From: a virus
Lineage: Duplodnaviria; Caudoviricetes
Virus record (IMG/VR): IMGVR_UViG_3300031857_000259
Location: 1 to 53,332 of that record
Reading direction: 5' to 3' (one strand)
Length of the DNA stretch: 53,332 nucleotides
Position numbers and translations under genes: made by a program. Of this stretch, positions 1-11,100 are shown one piece after another; positions within the stretch are counted from its first letter, which is position 1, and each line of letters opens with the position of its first letter. The notes below the pieces were generated by a model that saw nothing but the letters and a program-made list of their open reading frames with translations, was not told where the DNA came from and made no database searches.

Positions 1-1
1 C

Positions 2-226
2 CGACCAGCGGATGAGATAGGCACAATGCCGTTCATTAGAACGCTTGAGGACTGGGCTAAGTTTGATATTAATGACCGAACAAAGCACGATGCATCAATC
101 AGTTCTGGATTAGCTATAATGGCAAATCAAAAACATGTATATTTACCAGATAAAAAAGAGTCGAAAATTAGTGTTAATTTCGCAAAGTACGCTAACACTG
201 GAAATCAAAGTCAAATTATTAGATGA
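2..226 (+). CDS. terL: Terminase large subunit, C-terminal fragment (5' truncated)
   Basis: Frame is open from base 2. It ends in FIRTLEDWAKFDINDRTKHDASISSGLAIMA, an RNase H-like nuclease end with a conserved Asp, and overlaps the portal start (ATGA). Confidence 0.75.
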   Translation, partial: RPADEIGTMPFIRTLEDWAKFDINDRTKHDASISSGLAIMANQKHVYLPDKKESKISVNFAKYANTGNQSQIIR

Positions 227-2658
227 AAGATGTCGTAGTTAATATATCTTCAACAGCATTTCCAAGCCAGTTTCTTTCGGATTCGGAGAAAGCTAGCCCT
301 GAGTTTGGTCTTCAGGTTGGTCAAGCCATTCAGTATGAGTGGTTTAGAAAAGATGGAAGTCAATGTAGATATTACAATCAGTGGGCTGAGTTTAATCGCT
401 TGCGTTTATACGCACGTGGTGAGCAGTCCATTCAGAAATATAAGAATGAGTTAGCGATTGATGGTGACTTGTCTTACCTAAACCTTGACTGGACTCCTGT
501 ACCTATCTTACCAAAGTTTGTAGACATTGTCGTTAACGGCATGAATGACAGACTATTTAAGGTTAAGGCGTATGCACAGGATGCAATGTCTCAGGCAAAG
601 AGAAGTAAGTATCAGGACATGATTGAGAGTCAGATGCTTGCTAAGGACCTGCTCTCTAAGATACAGAATGAAACTGGAGTTGACCCATTTGTAACAAATC
701 CAGAGGAGCTTCCTCAGACTGATGAGGAGCTATCACTATACATGCAGCTTAAGTATAAGCCTGCGATTGAGATAGCTGAAGAGGAGGCTATCAATACAAT
801 ATTTGATGAGAACCACTACCAGGATACACGTAAGCGTATTGACTATGACCTTGCTGTTATTGGTATTGGTATTGCTAAGCACGAGTTCCTACTAGGGTCT
901 GGTGTTGAGGTGTCCTATGTAGACCCAGCTAATGTTGTGTACAGCTACACTGAGGACCCATTCTTTAAGGACTGCTTCTATTGGGGAGAGATAAAGACTC
1001 TTCCAATGACAGAGCTACTAAAGATTGACCCGACTCTTACACGTGAGCAGATGGATGAGATATCCAAATACTCTCAGAGCTGGTATGACTATTACAATGT
1101 AGCTCGATTCTACGAGAACAGTATGTTCTATCGTGATACCTGTACCCTTCTTTACTTCAACTACAAGACCACTAAGAAGATGGTCTACAAGAAGAAGATA
1201 CTTGAGGGTGGAGGCAGTCGGATTATAGAGAAAGATGACAAGTTCAATCCTCCTGTAGAGATGATGGAGGATGGGAAATTTGAGAAGATTGAGAAGACAA
1301 TTGACGTTTGGTATGATGGTGTGATGGTGATGGGCACTAACTTCTTGTTGAAGTGGGAGCTATCAGAGAACATGGTAAGACCAAAGTCTTCTTCTCAGCA
1401 TGCTATACCAAACTATGTGGCATGTGCACCACGCATGTACAAGGGAGCTATTGAGTCGTTGGTTAGAAGGATGATACCTTTTGCTGACTTGATTCAGTTG
1501 ACTCACTTGAAGCTACAGCAGGTCATTGCACGTACGGTACCAGATGGTGTGTTCATTGATGCGGATGGATTGAATGAGGTTGACTTGGGAACAGGTGCGG
1601 CTTACAACCCAGAGGATGCGTTGAGACTATACTTCCAGACAGGTAGTGTTATTGGTCGAAGCTATACCCAGGATGGTGAGTTTAACAACGCACGAGTTCC
1701 TATTCAGCAGCTTACATCTAACTCAGGTGCGGCTAAGACTCAGATGTTGATTGCTAACTACAATCACTATCTAGATATGATTCGTTCTGTGACTGGTCTC
1801 AATGAGGCTAGAGATGGATCTAACCCTGACCCTAATGCATTGGTTGGTGTACAGAAGCTTGCAGCTCTTAACTCTAACACAGCTACTAGACATATCCTTG
1901 AGAGTGGTCTATTTATTTACCGCACACTTGCTGAGGCACTTACGTATCGTGTTGCAGATATTTTGCAGTACGCTGACTTTAAGGATGACTTCGCTAATAA
2001 GATTGGTAAGTACAACGTATCTATCTTGAACGACATTAAGGATCTGTACATCTACGACTTTGGTATCTTCATTGAGATATCTCCTGATGAGGAGCAGAGA
2101 GCACAGCTAGAGGCAAACGTACAGATGGCATTGTCTAAGGGTGACATCAACCTTGAGGATGCTATTGACATCAGGGAGTTAAAGAATCTTAAACTTGCTA
2201 ACCAGCTACTTAAAATGAAGAGGGTTAAGAAGCAGGAGAGAGAGGAGAAGATGATGATGCAGAAGCAGGACATGATGGCTCAGCAGCAGTTGCAGTCTCA
2301 GGAGTTTGCTGCTCAGGTAGCTATGCAACAGCTTCAGTTGGATACCCAATCCAAGATGCAGATTAAGCAGGCAGAGGTTGCGTTCGATATTGAGAAGCTA
2401 AAGGCAGAAGCTGAGCTAAAGAGAATGTTGATGGCTGAAGAGTTTAACTATCAGATGCAGATTGCTGGTGTCAAGGAGACCGCACTTGCAGATAGAGATA
2501 TGATGAAGGAGGACTCTAAGGCTAAGCGAATTAGTCAGCAGAATTCTGAGCAGTCTAAGTTGATTAATCAGAGGAAGAACAACTTACCTCCACTGAGTTT
2601 TGAATCCAATGAGGATACGCTCGATGGGTTCGACATGGCAGAGTTTGAGCCACGTTAA
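223..2658 (+). CDS. Portal protein
   Basis: 811 aa directly after the terminase. It has NLDWTPVPILPKFVDIVVNG and TGLNEARDGS motifs typical of Bacteroidota podovirus/crAss-like portals, plus a long Q/M-rich C-terminal coiled coil (barrel). Confidence 0.85.
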   Translation: MKDVVVNISSTAFPSQFLSDSEKASPEFGLQVGQAIQYEWFRKDGSQCRYYNQWAEFNRLRLYARGEQSIQKYKNELAIDGDLSYLNLDWTPVPILPKFVDIVVNGMNDRLFKVKAYAQDAMSQAKRSKYQDMIESQMLAKDLLSKIQNETGVDPFVTNPEELPQTDEELSLYMQLKYKPAIEIAEEEAINTIFDENHYQDTRKRIDYDLAVIGIGIAKHEFLLGSGVEVSYVDPANVVYSYTEDPFFKDCFYWGEIKTLPMTELLKIDPTLTREQMDEISKYSQSWYDYYNVARFYENSMFYRDTCTLLYFNYKTTKKMVYKKKILEGGGSRIIEKDDKFNPPVEMMEDGKFEKIEKTIDVWYDGVMVMGTNFLLKWELSENMVRPKSSSQHAIPNYVACAPRMYKGAIESLVRRMIPFADLIQLTHLKLQQVIARTVPDGVFIDADGLNEVDLGTGAAYNPEDALRLYFQTGSVIGRSYTQDGEFNNARVPIQQLTSNSGAAKTQMLIANYNHYLDMIRSVTGLNEARDGSNPDPNALVGVQKLAALNSNTATRHILESGLFIYRTLAEALTYRVADILQYADFKDDFANKIGKYNVSILNDIKDLYIYDFGIFIEISPDEEQRAQLEANVQMALSKGDINLEDAIDIRELKNLKLANQLLKMKRVKKQEREEKMMMQKQDMMAQQQLQSQEFAAQVAMQQLQLDTQSKMQIKQAEVAFDIEKLKAEAELKRMLMAEEFNYQMQIAGVKETALADRDMMKEDSKAKRISQQNSEQSKLINQRKNNLPPLSFESNEDTLDGFDMAEFEPR

Positions 2659-2667
2659 AAAAAAATA

Positions 2668-2675
2668 TATATTTG
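2668..2675 (+). promoter_or_regulatory. Bacteroidota-type -7 promoter box (TATATTTG) for the scaffold/capsid operon
   Basis: Exact TAnnTTTG match in the 36-bp intergenic gap, 20 nt before the ATG at 2695. Confidence 0.65.
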
Positions 2676-2694
2676 TAACATAAAATCTAATTAA

Positions 2695-3798
2695 ATGGAA
2701 ATCAAAGTAAGATCACTAGAAGGAGTTGAGCCTAAAAGTGTACAAGAAGTAGAGAGAGAACTACTTGAGAAACATGAAAAAGAACTCAATGGAGAATTAC
2801 AAAACGAACTTGTTATTGATACTACTAGTATTGACAATGGAGTTCAGGATACTACTTCGCAAGAAGAAGAACTATCTGAAGAAAAAGTTCTTTCATATAT
2901 TGGGAAGAGATACAATAAGCAGATAAACTCATTTGATGAGTTAATGGATCAGAGACAGAGCAATGAAGAATTGCCTGAGGATGTTTCAGCTTATTTGAAT
3001 TACAAGAAGGATACTGGCCGTGGCTTTGATGATTTCCTAAAGCTTAGGAAGGATTACGATGCGATGGATCAGAATCAACTTCTTAGAGAGTACCTTGCAG
3101 ATACACAGCAGAATCTAGATGACGAGGACATTGAGGTCTTGATGGAGGATTACACCTTTGATGAGGACCTAGATGATGAGTCAAAGATTAAGCATGTAAA
3201 GATTGCAAGAAAGAAAGCTATTGCCGAGGCTAAGAAACATTTCAATTCTCAGAAAGAAAAATATAAGCTTCCGCTTGAGTCAAGTGGAATGGGCTTATCT
3301 CCAGAAGAGAAAGAAGAATTTGAGGCTTATCGTCAGTATACAAAACAGTCAAAGAGTATAGAGGAGGAAAGTAATCGGAAGCGTAGATGGTTCGACCAAA
3401 AGACAGAGGAGGTCTTTAGTAAAGACTTCAAAGGATTTGAGTTCGACATTAACGAGAAGAAGATTTTATTTGCTCCGGCATCTGGTTCTGAATTAAAGAG
3501 TGCTCAGTCAAGCCCATTGAACTTTGTTAATAAGTTCTTGGATGACAGTGGACTAATTAAGGATGCAGCTGGATACCACAAGTCTTTGTCTATCGCAATG
3601 AATCCTGAAAAGTTTGCCAAGTTCTTTTATGAGCAAGGGCAAGCGGATGCTACCGATGACGTTTTACGTAAGACCAAAAATATAAATATGTCTGAGCGTA
3701 GAGCTCCTGAGGTTGTTAATAAAGGTGGAATGCAGGTGAAGGCGGTTGCGCCAGACTCTGGGAGGGGTCTAAAAATCCGCAGTATTAAAAAAATGTAA
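2695..3798 (+). CDS. Putative capsid scaffolding protein
   Basis: 367 aa, very acidic and helical, located between portal and major capsid protein. Confidence 0.65.
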   Translation: MEIKVRSLEGVEPKSVQEVERELLEKHEKELNGELQNELVIDTTSIDNGVQDTTSQEEELSEEKVLSYIGKRYNKQINSFDELMDQRQSNEELPEDVSAYLNYKKDTGRGFDDFLKLRKDYDAMDQNQLLREYLADTQQNLDDEDIEVLMEDYTFDEDLDDESKIKHVKIARKKAIAEAKKHFNSQKEKYKLPLESSGMGLSPEEKEEFEAYRQYTKQSKSIEEESNRKRRWFDQKTEEVFSKDFKGFEFDINEKKILFAPASGSELKSAQSSPLNFVNKFLDDSGLIKDAAGYHKSLSIAMNPEKFAKFFYEQGQADATDDVLRKTKNINMSERRAPEVVNKGGMQVKAVAPDSGRGLKIRSIKKM

Positions 3799-3817
3799 CA
3801 ACTAAAAAAACAAAACA

Positions 3818-5239
3818 ATGGCAGTATTAAACACTCCTGGGTTCCAGTTGCAGCCAAGTGCTGAGCAGGTGCCTTTATCAACTAACTACATTACCAACTT
3901 TGATTTCTTGAACCAGTATCTACCTGATACCTACGAAAAAGAATTCGAGCGTTATGGTAATCGTACCGTAGCTTCCTTCCTAAGAATGGTAGGAGCTGAA
4001 ATGCCTTCCAACTCTGATATGATCAAGTGGGCTGAGCAAGGTCGTTTGCATACTAAGTATGTGAACTGCGATTCTTCTGCTGCTGCTGCGGCAGATTCTG
4101 CAACCATCACTGTTTCTGATGCAGGTGTAACTGCAATCGCTATCCGTGCTGGCCAAACTGTATTCATTTCTGACAATGCTACAGGCCTTTCTAACAAGGG
4201 TATCGTTACCGCTGTTAACACAACTGCTGGTACTTTCGATGTTGCTTACTACGAAGCTGGTGGACAGACTTTCTCTGGAACTGCTGTACTTTCTGTATGG
4301 ATTTACGGTTCTGAATTTAAGAAAGGAACTGTTGGTATGATTGGGTCTTTGGAAGCTGAAGACGAAATCTTCGACAACTCTCCAATCATCATCAAAGACA
4401 AGTATGCAGTATCTGGTTCTGACATGGCTCAGATTGGATGGGTAGAAGTAACTACCGAGAATGGTGCGACTGGATACCTTTGGTATTTGAAGTCTGAGCA
4501 CGAGACTCGTCTACGTTTCGAAGACTATCTTGAGACTGCAATGATTGAAGCAGTTCCTGCTGAGACTGGGTCTGGTGTAGCTAACGCTGCTTTGAACCCT
4601 ATCTATGGTAACAAAGGTTCTGAGGGTATCTTCTACGTGGTTAACAACCGTGGTAACGTATGGGGTGGTGGTAACCCAACTACTCTATCTGACTTTGATA
4701 GCATCATCTCTCGTCTTGACAAGCAGGGATCTATCGAGGAGAACGTAATCTTCTTGAACAGAGCATTCAGCTTTGACATTGACGATATGTTGGCAGCTCA
4801 GAATAGCTACGGTGCTGGAGGTACTTCTTATGGTCTATTCGACAACGATGAGAAGATGGCTTTGAATCTTGGATTCACTGGATTCCGTAGAGGTTATGAC
4901 TTCTACAAGTCTGACTGGAAGTACTTGAACGATCCTACTTTGCGTGGTGGCTTGCCTACTGGGGCATCTGCAACTGGTACTGTAACTGGTCTATTGGTAC
5001 CTGCTGGTTCTACCACTGTGTACGATCAGATTATGGGTAAGAACGCTAAGAGACCATTCTTGCACGTTCGTTACAGAGCTTCTGAGACTGAAGATCGTAG
5101 ATACAAGACTTGGATTACAGGTTCTGCCGGTGGTGCACAGACTAGCGATCTCGATGCAATGGAGGTTAACTTCTTGTCTGAGCGTTGTGTATGTACCCTA
5201 GGTGCAAACAACTTTGTATTGTTCAGATACGGAGCCTAA
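3818..5239 (+). CDS. Major capsid protein
   Basis: 473 aa with WAEQGRLH and FLSERCVCTLGANNF motifs. It follows the scaffold, shows strong codon bias and is followed by a terminator. Confidence 0.85.
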   Translation: MAVLNTPGFQLQPSAEQVPLSTNYITNFDFLNQYLPDTYEKEFERYGNRTVASFLRMVGAEMPSNSDMIKWAEQGRLHTKYVNCDSSAAAAADSATITVSDAGVTAIAIRAGQTVFISDNATGLSNKGIVTAVNTTAGTFDVAYYEAGGQTFSGTAVLSVWIYGSEFKKGTVGMIGSLEAEDEIFDNSPIIIKDKYAVSGSDMAQIGWVEVTTENGATGYLWYLKSEHETRLRFEDYLETAMIEAVPAETGSGVANAALNPIYGNKGSEGIFYVVNNRGNVWGGGNPTTLSDFDSIISRLDKQGSIEENVIFLNRAFSFDIDDMLAAQNSYGAGGTSYGLFDNDEKMALNLGFTGFRRGYDFYKSDWKYLNDPTLRGGLPTGASATGTVTGLLVPAGSTTVYDQIMGKNAKRPFLHVRYRASETEDRRYKTWITGSAGGAQTSDLDAMEVNFLSERCVCTLGANNFVLFRYGA

Positions 5240-5250
5240 TTTAAAATAAT

Positions 5251-5276
5251 AGGAGGGGCCGATTGGCCCTTCCTTT
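5251..5276 (+). terminator. Intrinsic terminator after the capsid gene
   Basis: AGGAGGGGCC-GATT-GGCCCTTCCT stem-loop followed by a short T tract. Confidence 0.65.
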
Positions 5277-5298
5277 AATCTTTAAAACAAACAAGACA

Positions 5299-5568
5299 AT
5301 GGCAAAGAAAGCAATGGGACCAGGTCCAAAGAAAAATGTAGTAAAAGCTAAGGCCCCATCTGTTGGTAGCGGTAATCCTTTTACAGGAGCATCTAAGCCA
5401 AGAGGTAGTGCATACAGTACGGCTGCTCAAAAAAGAATGTCATCTGAATCTGAGGCATTCGGTAAGTATGGAGTTCCAACAAAGACTAGAGTTCTTCCTG
5501 AGTTGATGAGCGGTAAGGTTACAGTAAAGGCATCTGTAAAGAAGCCTATTATTAAGAAGAAGAAGTAA
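5299..5568 (+). CDS. Small Lys-rich basic protein (start revised to ATG 5299)
   Basis: MAKKAMGPGPKK...KKPIIKKKK. The ATG follows an A-rich leader, whereas the track's upstream TTG start lies inside the terminator. Confidence 0.65.
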   Translation: MAKKAMGPGPKKNVVKAKAPSVGSGNPFTGASKPRGSAYSTAAQKRMSSESEAFGKYGVPTKTRVLPELMSGKVTVKASVKKPIIKKKK

Positions 5569-5576
5569 TAATTAAC

Positions 5577-5607
5577 AGAGGGGGTCTTGGTTGACTCCCT
5601 CTATTTT
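5577..5607 (+). terminator. Intrinsic terminator
   Basis: AGAGGGGGTC-TTGGTT-GACTCCCTCT followed by ATTTT. Confidence 0.65.
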
Positions 5608-5630
5608 AAATTTTAATCAAATTATATCCA

Positions 5631-6380
5631 ATGAAAAAATCAGCAACAAGTTCTGACAAAGTCTATAAACTCAAGGGAGATTCTGCTCCTTTATCTTTTA
5701 CTCTACCATCAAGAAATACTAGGAGATATCCTCTACTTTATTTTGATGAAGACAACAATGTAAACAGACCACTAAGATACGCCATCAATCAGAAGTCTCC
5801 ATTTGAGGATGAGCAGGATGGCAACGCAATCTTAGAGCCAATCGTATTCGAGAATGGCTTCCTATCAGTACCAAGAACTAACCCAGTCCTACAGCAGTTC
5901 CTTCACTATCACCCACTAAATGGTATCTCATTTATGCAGGTTGATTATGAAAGAGATGCAGCTAAGGAAGTAGAACAACTTACATCTGAGGTGGATGCAT
6001 TGATTGAAGCACGTCAACTTAGTGTTGATCAGCTTGAGACAATCGCTAGAGTATTGTTTAGTAAGGACCCAAATAAGTTCACAACATCTGAGCTTAAGCG
6101 TGACATCTTGATTTACGCAAAGAGAGATCCAAAAGGATTCTTGAATATCCTACGTGATCCAATGCTAAAGCTTCAGGCAAATATTCACGTGTTCTTTGAG
6201 AACAAGTTATTGTCATTCAGAAACAACAACAAGGAGGTGTGGTTTAATACACCATCAGTGAAGAAGAAGATGCTTACTGTTTCCTATGGTGATGACCCAT
6301 ACTTTGCCGTGGCTCAGTTCCTAAAGACAGATGATGGTATCGATGCTTTGAAAATGTTAGAAAATAATTTAGATTTGTAA
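5631..6380 (+). CDS. Conserved phage protein (head module, function unknown)
   Basis: 249-aa ORF between capsid and neck genes with normal codon usage. Confidence 0.6.
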   Translation: MKKSATSSDKVYKLKGDSAPLSFTLPSRNTRRYPLLYFDEDNNVNRPLRYAINQKSPFEDEQDGNAILEPIVFENGFLSVPRTNPVLQQFLHYHPLNGISFMQVDYERDAAKEVEQLTSEVDALIEARQLSVDQLETIARVLFSKDPNKFTTSELKRDILIYAKRDPKGFLNILRDPMLKLQANIHVFFENKLLSFRNNNKEVWFNTPSVKKKMLTVSYGDDPYFAVAQFLKTDDGIDALKMLENNLDL

Positions 6381-6411
6381 TCATGTTTTTCATAGTTTGA
6401 TGATCAAAAAT

Positions 6412-6440
6412 GGGGGTGTAATAACACCCTCTTTTTTTTT
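6412..6440 (+). terminator. Intrinsic terminator
   Basis: GGGGGTGT-AATA-ACACCCTC followed by T9. Confidence 0.75.
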
Positions 6441-6443
6441 GTT

Positions 6444-6451
6444 TATATTTG
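6444..6451 (+). promoter_or_regulatory. -7 promoter box (TATATTTG) for the tail operon
   Basis: TAnnTTTG immediately after the terminator and 14 nt before ATG 6465. Confidence 0.65.
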
Positions 6452-6464
6452 TAAAAAGACTAGA

Positions 6465-7208
6465 ATGATCAACTCAGTTCGAAATACCGTATTGGCAATT
6501 CTGAACAAGAATAATTACGGATACATCTCACCTTCTGACTTTAACCTGTTTGCCAAGCAGGCTCAGCTAGAGATATTTGAGGAGTACTTTTCTGACTACA
6601 ACGATACTATCAATAAGGAGAACGCTCGTGTTTCAGGTACTGACTATGCTGATATTAGAAAGGCTTTAGAGGAAGCTATTGAAGTATTTGCTACTACATC
6701 TACTCTTACTCAGGTGACTGCGGCTTCAAATAGATTCTATCTACCATCGGTAACAACTACTGGGTTTGATTACTTTATGATTAACAAGATACTTTGTTAC
6801 GATGCATCTGGTGCTACTAGGGTATTCAAGGGTGAAGCAGAGAAGGTTACTCATGGTAAGATTACAATGTTGGTTAACTCTAACTTGACTGCTCCAACAG
6901 AAACATATCCTGCTTATACTCAGGAGGGTAGTATACTTACCGTATACCCATCAACGATTAATCTTGCTAACGAGGTGGATGCTGTCTACTTCAGATATCC
7001 TAAAGATCCTAAGTGGACGTTCACTACGCTAACCAATGGTGAGCCAGTGTTCAATCAGTCTCCTGGTCTAGGATACCAAGACTTTGAAGTCCCTATTGAG
7101 GATGAGATAAAACTTGTGTCAAAGATTCTTCAGTACGCTGGTATGTCTATTCGTGAGATTGAGGCGGTTCAGTTTGGAGGCAATGAAGAACAAAAACAAT
7201 CTGTATAA
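6465..7208 (+). CDS. Tail adaptor/ring protein (putative)
   Basis: N-terminal INSVRNTVLAILNKNNYGYISPSDFNLFAKQAQLEIF is typical of podoviral adaptor/ring proteins, and the position fits. Confidence 0.6.
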   Translation: MINSVRNTVLAILNKNNYGYISPSDFNLFAKQAQLEIFEEYFSDYNDTINKENARVSGTDYADIRKALEEAIEVFATTSTLTQVTAASNRFYLPSVTTTGFDYFMINKILCYDASGATRVFKGEAEKVTHGKITMLVNSNLTAPTETYPAYTQEGSILTVYPSTINLANEVDAVYFRYPKDPKWTFTTLTNGEPVFNQSPGLGYQDFEVPIEDEIKLVSKILQYAGMSIREIEAVQFGGNEEQKQSV

Positions 7209-7210
7209 TC

Positions 7211-8137
7211 ATGGCATACATAACTCAAGAAAAATACTACGAAAATAATGGTGTGACTCCTAAGGATGCAAACTGGGGGTCATATCAGTATGTTAGTCTA
7301 CAGGACATTGTCAACAACTTTATGTTGATGTACGCTGGTAACCACTCCTTGATAAATAATGAGGAGCGATATAAAATTTTGTTCCATGCCAAGAGAGCAA
7401 TACAAGAACTAAACTATGATGCGTTTAAGCAAATAAAAGTTCTTGAGCTAACTGTGGATGATACGCTTAAATATATTCTACCATCAGACTATGTCAACTG
7501 GGTTAGGGTCAACCTATACAAGGATGGGTACCTAAGACCATTGACTGAGAACATTCAGGTTCTTTCTGCTAAGGCGTACTTGCAAGACAACACTGGTAAG
7601 ATATTGTTTGACAACCAGGGCAATGCATTGTCTCCTGAGTTCTCTGATATTGACTTGCAGAGATTAGAGGGTACTAAGAAGAGCATCTACTTAAATCCTC
7701 AGAGCAGATACAATGGTCAGGAGGGATGGGATTTAGGAGGAGGTGAATGGTACTTTGATTATAGCATTGGCACTAGATATGGTCTTAATAATGAGACTGC
7801 TAACTTCAACCCTACATTTAATATAGATGCCAAGAGTGGTGTGATTAACTTCAACTCAGACATGTATGATCAGTCTGTGATATTAGAGTATGTATCTGAT
7901 GGCATGGAGAATGGTGACGATGCAAGTGTAAGTGTAAATAAATTGTTTGAAAAATTTATTTATGCGTACATTCAATACGAAATACTGAATGCCAAGCTTG
8001 GTGTCCAAGAATACATTGTGGCTCGTGCTAGAAGAGAGAAGTCTTCGCTTTTAAGAAATGCTAAAATAAGAATAAGCAACATTCATCCGGGTAGACTATT
8101 GATGAACCTACGTGGTATGGACAAGTGGTTGAAATAA
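7211..8137 (+). CDS. Second tail ring/structural protein (putative)
   Basis: 308 aa with an LPSDYVNWVRV motif seen in adaptor/ring proteins; it directly precedes the nozzle gene. Confidence 0.55.
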   Translation: MAYITQEKYYENNGVTPKDANWGSYQYVSLQDIVNNFMLMYAGNHSLINNEERYKILFHAKRAIQELNYDAFKQIKVLELTVDDTLKYILPSDYVNWVRVNLYKDGYLRPLTENIQVLSAKAYLQDNTGKILFDNQGNALSPEFSDIDLQRLEGTKKSIYLNPQSRYNGQEGWDLGGGEWYFDYSIGTRYGLNNETANFNPTFNIDAKSGVINFNSDMYDQSVILEYVSDGMENGDDASVSVNKLFEKFIYAYIQYEILNAKLGVQEYIVARARREKSSLLRNAKIRISNIHPGRLLMNLRGMDKWLK

Positions 8138-8138
8138 T

Positions 8139-11100
8139 ATGACGAATATCACAAGAAACTTCATAGCTGGGAGAATGAATAAAGTCGTTGATGAACGACT
8201 CATTCCTGATGGAGAGTATATCGATGCGCTTAATATTCGCATGGGATCTACAGAGAACTCTGAGATTGGTGTCATTGAAAATACTAAGGGTAACAGCAGG
8301 CTGACTACAATTAAGTATGTTGATGGTACACCGCTTAGTTCCTCAGCTAGATGTATTGGTACTATAGCCGATAATACAAGTGAGACTATCTATTGGTTTA
8401 TTCATGACTCCAACTTTGGTGTTGGTGCTACTGGTAAGCTTGATATGATTGTATCGTTCAATGTGTACAACAACATATTGACATACCACGTGATTAGCAT
8501 CAACGATGGAGATGGTGATAATACCACTCTAAACTTTAACCCAGGATATCTTATCACAGGGATAAATATTATTGATGACTTGATATTTTTCACGGATGAT
8601 TACAATCCGCCAAGGTTCATAAACAGATTAAAGAACTACCCTGATCCTGTGGGTAACATAGACCAGTTTAGTGCTGAGTCTATTCTTGTTATTAAGAGAC
8701 CACCGGTAGAGTCTCCTGGTGTTACATTAATCAACACAGGGAATCAAAATGACTTCCTAGAGAACAGGTATATATGCTTTGCGTATCGATACCTATATGA
8801 GGATGGAGAATACTCTGCTACATCTCAGTGGTCTGCTCCTGCGTTTCAGCCTAAGCCGTTTGACTTTAGCATTAACAGCTACCTGAATGAGGGTATGCAG
8901 AACCAGTTTAATGCAGCTAGAGTAACTTACAATACAGGCGGACCGCTTGTGGTTGGCATTGACTTGCTATTTAAGGACACCACTAGCAATGTAATTAAGG
9001 TTATTGAGAAGCTTAACAAGGCAGACCTTGGACTAGCGGACAACCTTAACCGTACATACACATTTACAAATAGTAAGATATTTACCATCCTTCCTGAAAG
9101 TGAGCTGCTAAGATTGTACGACAACGTACCATTGCTTGCTAAGGCACAGACCATCATGGGTAACAGACTCATGTATGGTAACTATGTTGAGGGGTACGAC
9201 ATGATAGATGTCAATGGTAATCCTATTAACTTAGAGTATTCTGTTGATTTGATATCAGAGGAGATTGGAACTACTGAGGTAACAGATTCGCTTGGCTCAG
9301 GGACCTATAATTTTGGCCCTCCTCAAACGATTCCAGGAGCGGTGGTATACTTAGACCTTTCGCCATTTGAACTTGTCACAGGGGCCTCTATTACAGCCGA
9401 TATAACATTTGAGCATGAAGGGTTTGCTGGAGATACTCCGTTCCCTTCAGAAACAACAGATAGCACGTCTATCAACTTCTCATTTGTTTTGCCTAGATCA
9501 TATGCTTCAGTGTATGAGTTGGCAACAAGTGTTGAGTTTCAAGATGCGATAGGCATATCATCAAACATAGAGCCTGTAGTTGACTCTTGTAATGGCACTA
9601 CATTTACGGATCAGTTTAACTGCTCACTGCTACAGAACTTAGATGCATTGGATAAATACCAAAGCGGTATCAGTGCTGCTGGTCAGGGGATTGGTATTAT
9701 AACATCTCCAGCTAGTCAATCAATTGGTCTTCAGTTGCTTGCAATGAGGTATGTTGATGATACTACTACGCCTACATTTAGCGTGTATGAGTACTATCAG
9801 TATAATGCTGTTAATGCATTCTATCAAAAGATTAACTCTCCGAGAAGCTTACATAGCAACAGAGGGTATGAGATTGGGATTGTTTACATGGATGACTTTA
9901 ACAGATCAACAACTGCTTTAGTTAGTCCAAACAATACGGTTCATGTACCATGCTCAGCATCGGATACTAAGAACTCTATTCAAGTAACTATACCACCAAC
10001 ACAGAAGGTGCCTTATTGGGCAACACGATATAAGTTTGTGATTAAGCCTGATGAGGAAAACTACGATACAATATATAGCAGCATATTCTTTAATGATCCG
10101 CTGACTAATAACGTGTTCTTCTTGCTTGAGGGCGAGAATGCTAGGAAGGTTCAGCAGGGTGATAGATTGATTGTGAAGGCTGATACTAATGGACCTACAC
10201 AAAATTGCGTGTATACTACTGTGCTTGAGAAAGAATCTCAGGTAGAGGGGTTTATTGAGATTCCAAGTGAGCTAGATCCAAGCGTAAATATTCCTGTACC
10301 TGCTGGTGTATACATAAAGATTCTTCCAAATAACTTCTCTGTAGTTAAGGAGCAGGACGATATTATTGCTCCAGGTACTATTCAAGTAGATGAGAATAAC
10401 GGTGGGGATTATCCAATCCTAAAGTATCCAATGAATGTCTATAATGGCACTACTTGGGTTGATTATACTGTACCTGCTGGTAGTAGAATAAAGATAAACC
10501 TGAAGTTCCAAAGACTTGGTGTTGGTAAGGGTAATGGAGATTGCGAGACAAGAATCTATACCCTAGAGAAGACCATGATTGCATCAGCGGACTATGACAA
10601 CATGGTGTCTTGGTTTGAGGGAGACAATGTTCAAGTAGTTCTCAATGAGGGTGTTCAAGATGTAGGTGGAGATGGATGCGAGATTGATAATGAATACATT
10701 ACTGGAGTCTATGATTATCCTCCAGGATCAGCAACAGATGCTATTTCTGATCCTGCAACATGTACCAACAAGTATCGATTTGCTAGAAACACAACGACAA
10801 ATGAGTTGTCACTAGTTATATCTGGTACTGTTCGTTGTACAGGAACTCTTGCAAGAGAGAAGAGAAGGTCTACTATCATTGCTACCTTTGAAGTATTCAG
10901 AGCTGACAGCATAATTATATTTGAGACTGAGCCATCTGATGCTTTGCCTGATGTATTCTTTGAGAATGACTTGTCTCTCCCAATTGTAAATGGATACCAC
11001 GGAGGGAATGTTCAGACTCAGACAGCATTACTACCAGCAATAATTGACACTAATTTCTTCAACTGCTTTGCATTCGGTAACGGAGCGGAGAGCTATAAGA

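Noticed and set aside
3781-3820. Scaffold-capsid fusion by frameshift at the A-runs
   Set aside because: The shifted frame that matches the capsid gene hits TAA before ATG 3818, and the other frame is not the capsid frame.
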